Shown one piece after another: positions 63,448-64,000 of a stretch of DNA of 64,000 bases (positions within the stretch are counted from its first letter, which is position 1; the number at the start of each line of letters is the position of its first letter). The notes below the pieces were generated by a model. It saw nothing but the letters and a program-made list of their open reading frames with translations, did no database searches and was not told the DNA's origin. Source of the DNA: Leucoraja ocellata (lineage: Eukaryota); contig JAWMAR010000011.1 in NCBI GenBank assembly GCA_036785375.1, forward strand, positions 7,006,001 to 7,070,000. Reading direction: 5' to 3'. The position numbers and the translations under genes are program-made.

Positions 63448-64000
63448 TAGATGCAGGAGTAGGCCATTCGGCCCTTCGAGCCAGAGTGATCATGGCTAAT
63501 CATCCACAATCAGTAAACCGTTCCTGCCTTCTCCTCATATCCCTCAACTCCGCTATCTTTAAGAGCTCTATCTCTCTCTCTTGAAAGCATCCAGAGAATT
63601 GGCCTCCACTGCCTTCTGAGGTAGAATTCCAGAATTCCACAGGTAGGACAATTGTGAGACGAAGAGGGGGGGGGGAGAGGTAGGTTGCGGGATGAGGGGT
63701 GGGCCAAGAGCAGTGGTAGTAGGGCGATAGTGAGTAGACCAGGAATCAGAACATGAAGGAGACGGTCATTAGGGCTGGATCAAGAGCTAGATGGAAGGAC
63801 GATGGTGGACGAGCTCAAATATTCAATGGACATTTTTGAAGCAGTGATATGTATGGGTTGATTTGTATGGGTATCAGTGGTTATGAAGAGGAGGCAGGGG
63901 AATGGGGTTAGGAGGGAGAGATAGATCAGCCATGATTGAATGGTGGTGTAAACTTGATGGGCCGAATGGCCTAATTCTGCTCCTATCACTTATGACCTTA
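63448..64000. mobile_element. Two CR1 3' ends (minus strand 63448-63630, plus strand 63810-64000)
   Basis: Both carry the GGGCCGAATGGCCT hairpin 3' UTR. Confidence 0.8.

Overview
Eukaryotic, vertebrate genomic DNA. The HE1/V-SINEs, dense CR1 and Penelope repeats suggest a cartilaginous fish such as a skate or ray; this is an inference. There are four N gaps. The only host gene I found is missed by the ORF track: a minus-strand astacin (M12A) zinc metalloprotease of the hatching-enzyme/C6-astacin type. I reconstructed seven GT-AG coding exons by hand (58463-58522, 58353-58380, 51535-51612, 45321-45476, 24591-24711, 13245-13423, 2907-2988; 704 nt). They join in frame from signal peptide through HEFLHSIGFQH to SIMHY; the last exon(s) probably lie left of the window. 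The introns (up to 20.6 kb) hold nearly every major TE class: BEL/Pao, full-length Gypsy, DIRS, Penelope with hammerhead ribozymes, CR1/L1/L2/Rex LINEs, V-SINEs, a Passport-like Tc1, a pogo-like MITE, and probable Helitrons and Harbinger. The most unusual element is a five-copy family of non-coding, LINE-tailed retroposons. Their three stem-loops are kept by compensatory substitutions, while the GC-rich middle differs between copies (including an Ala-rich, frame-preserving minisatellite).
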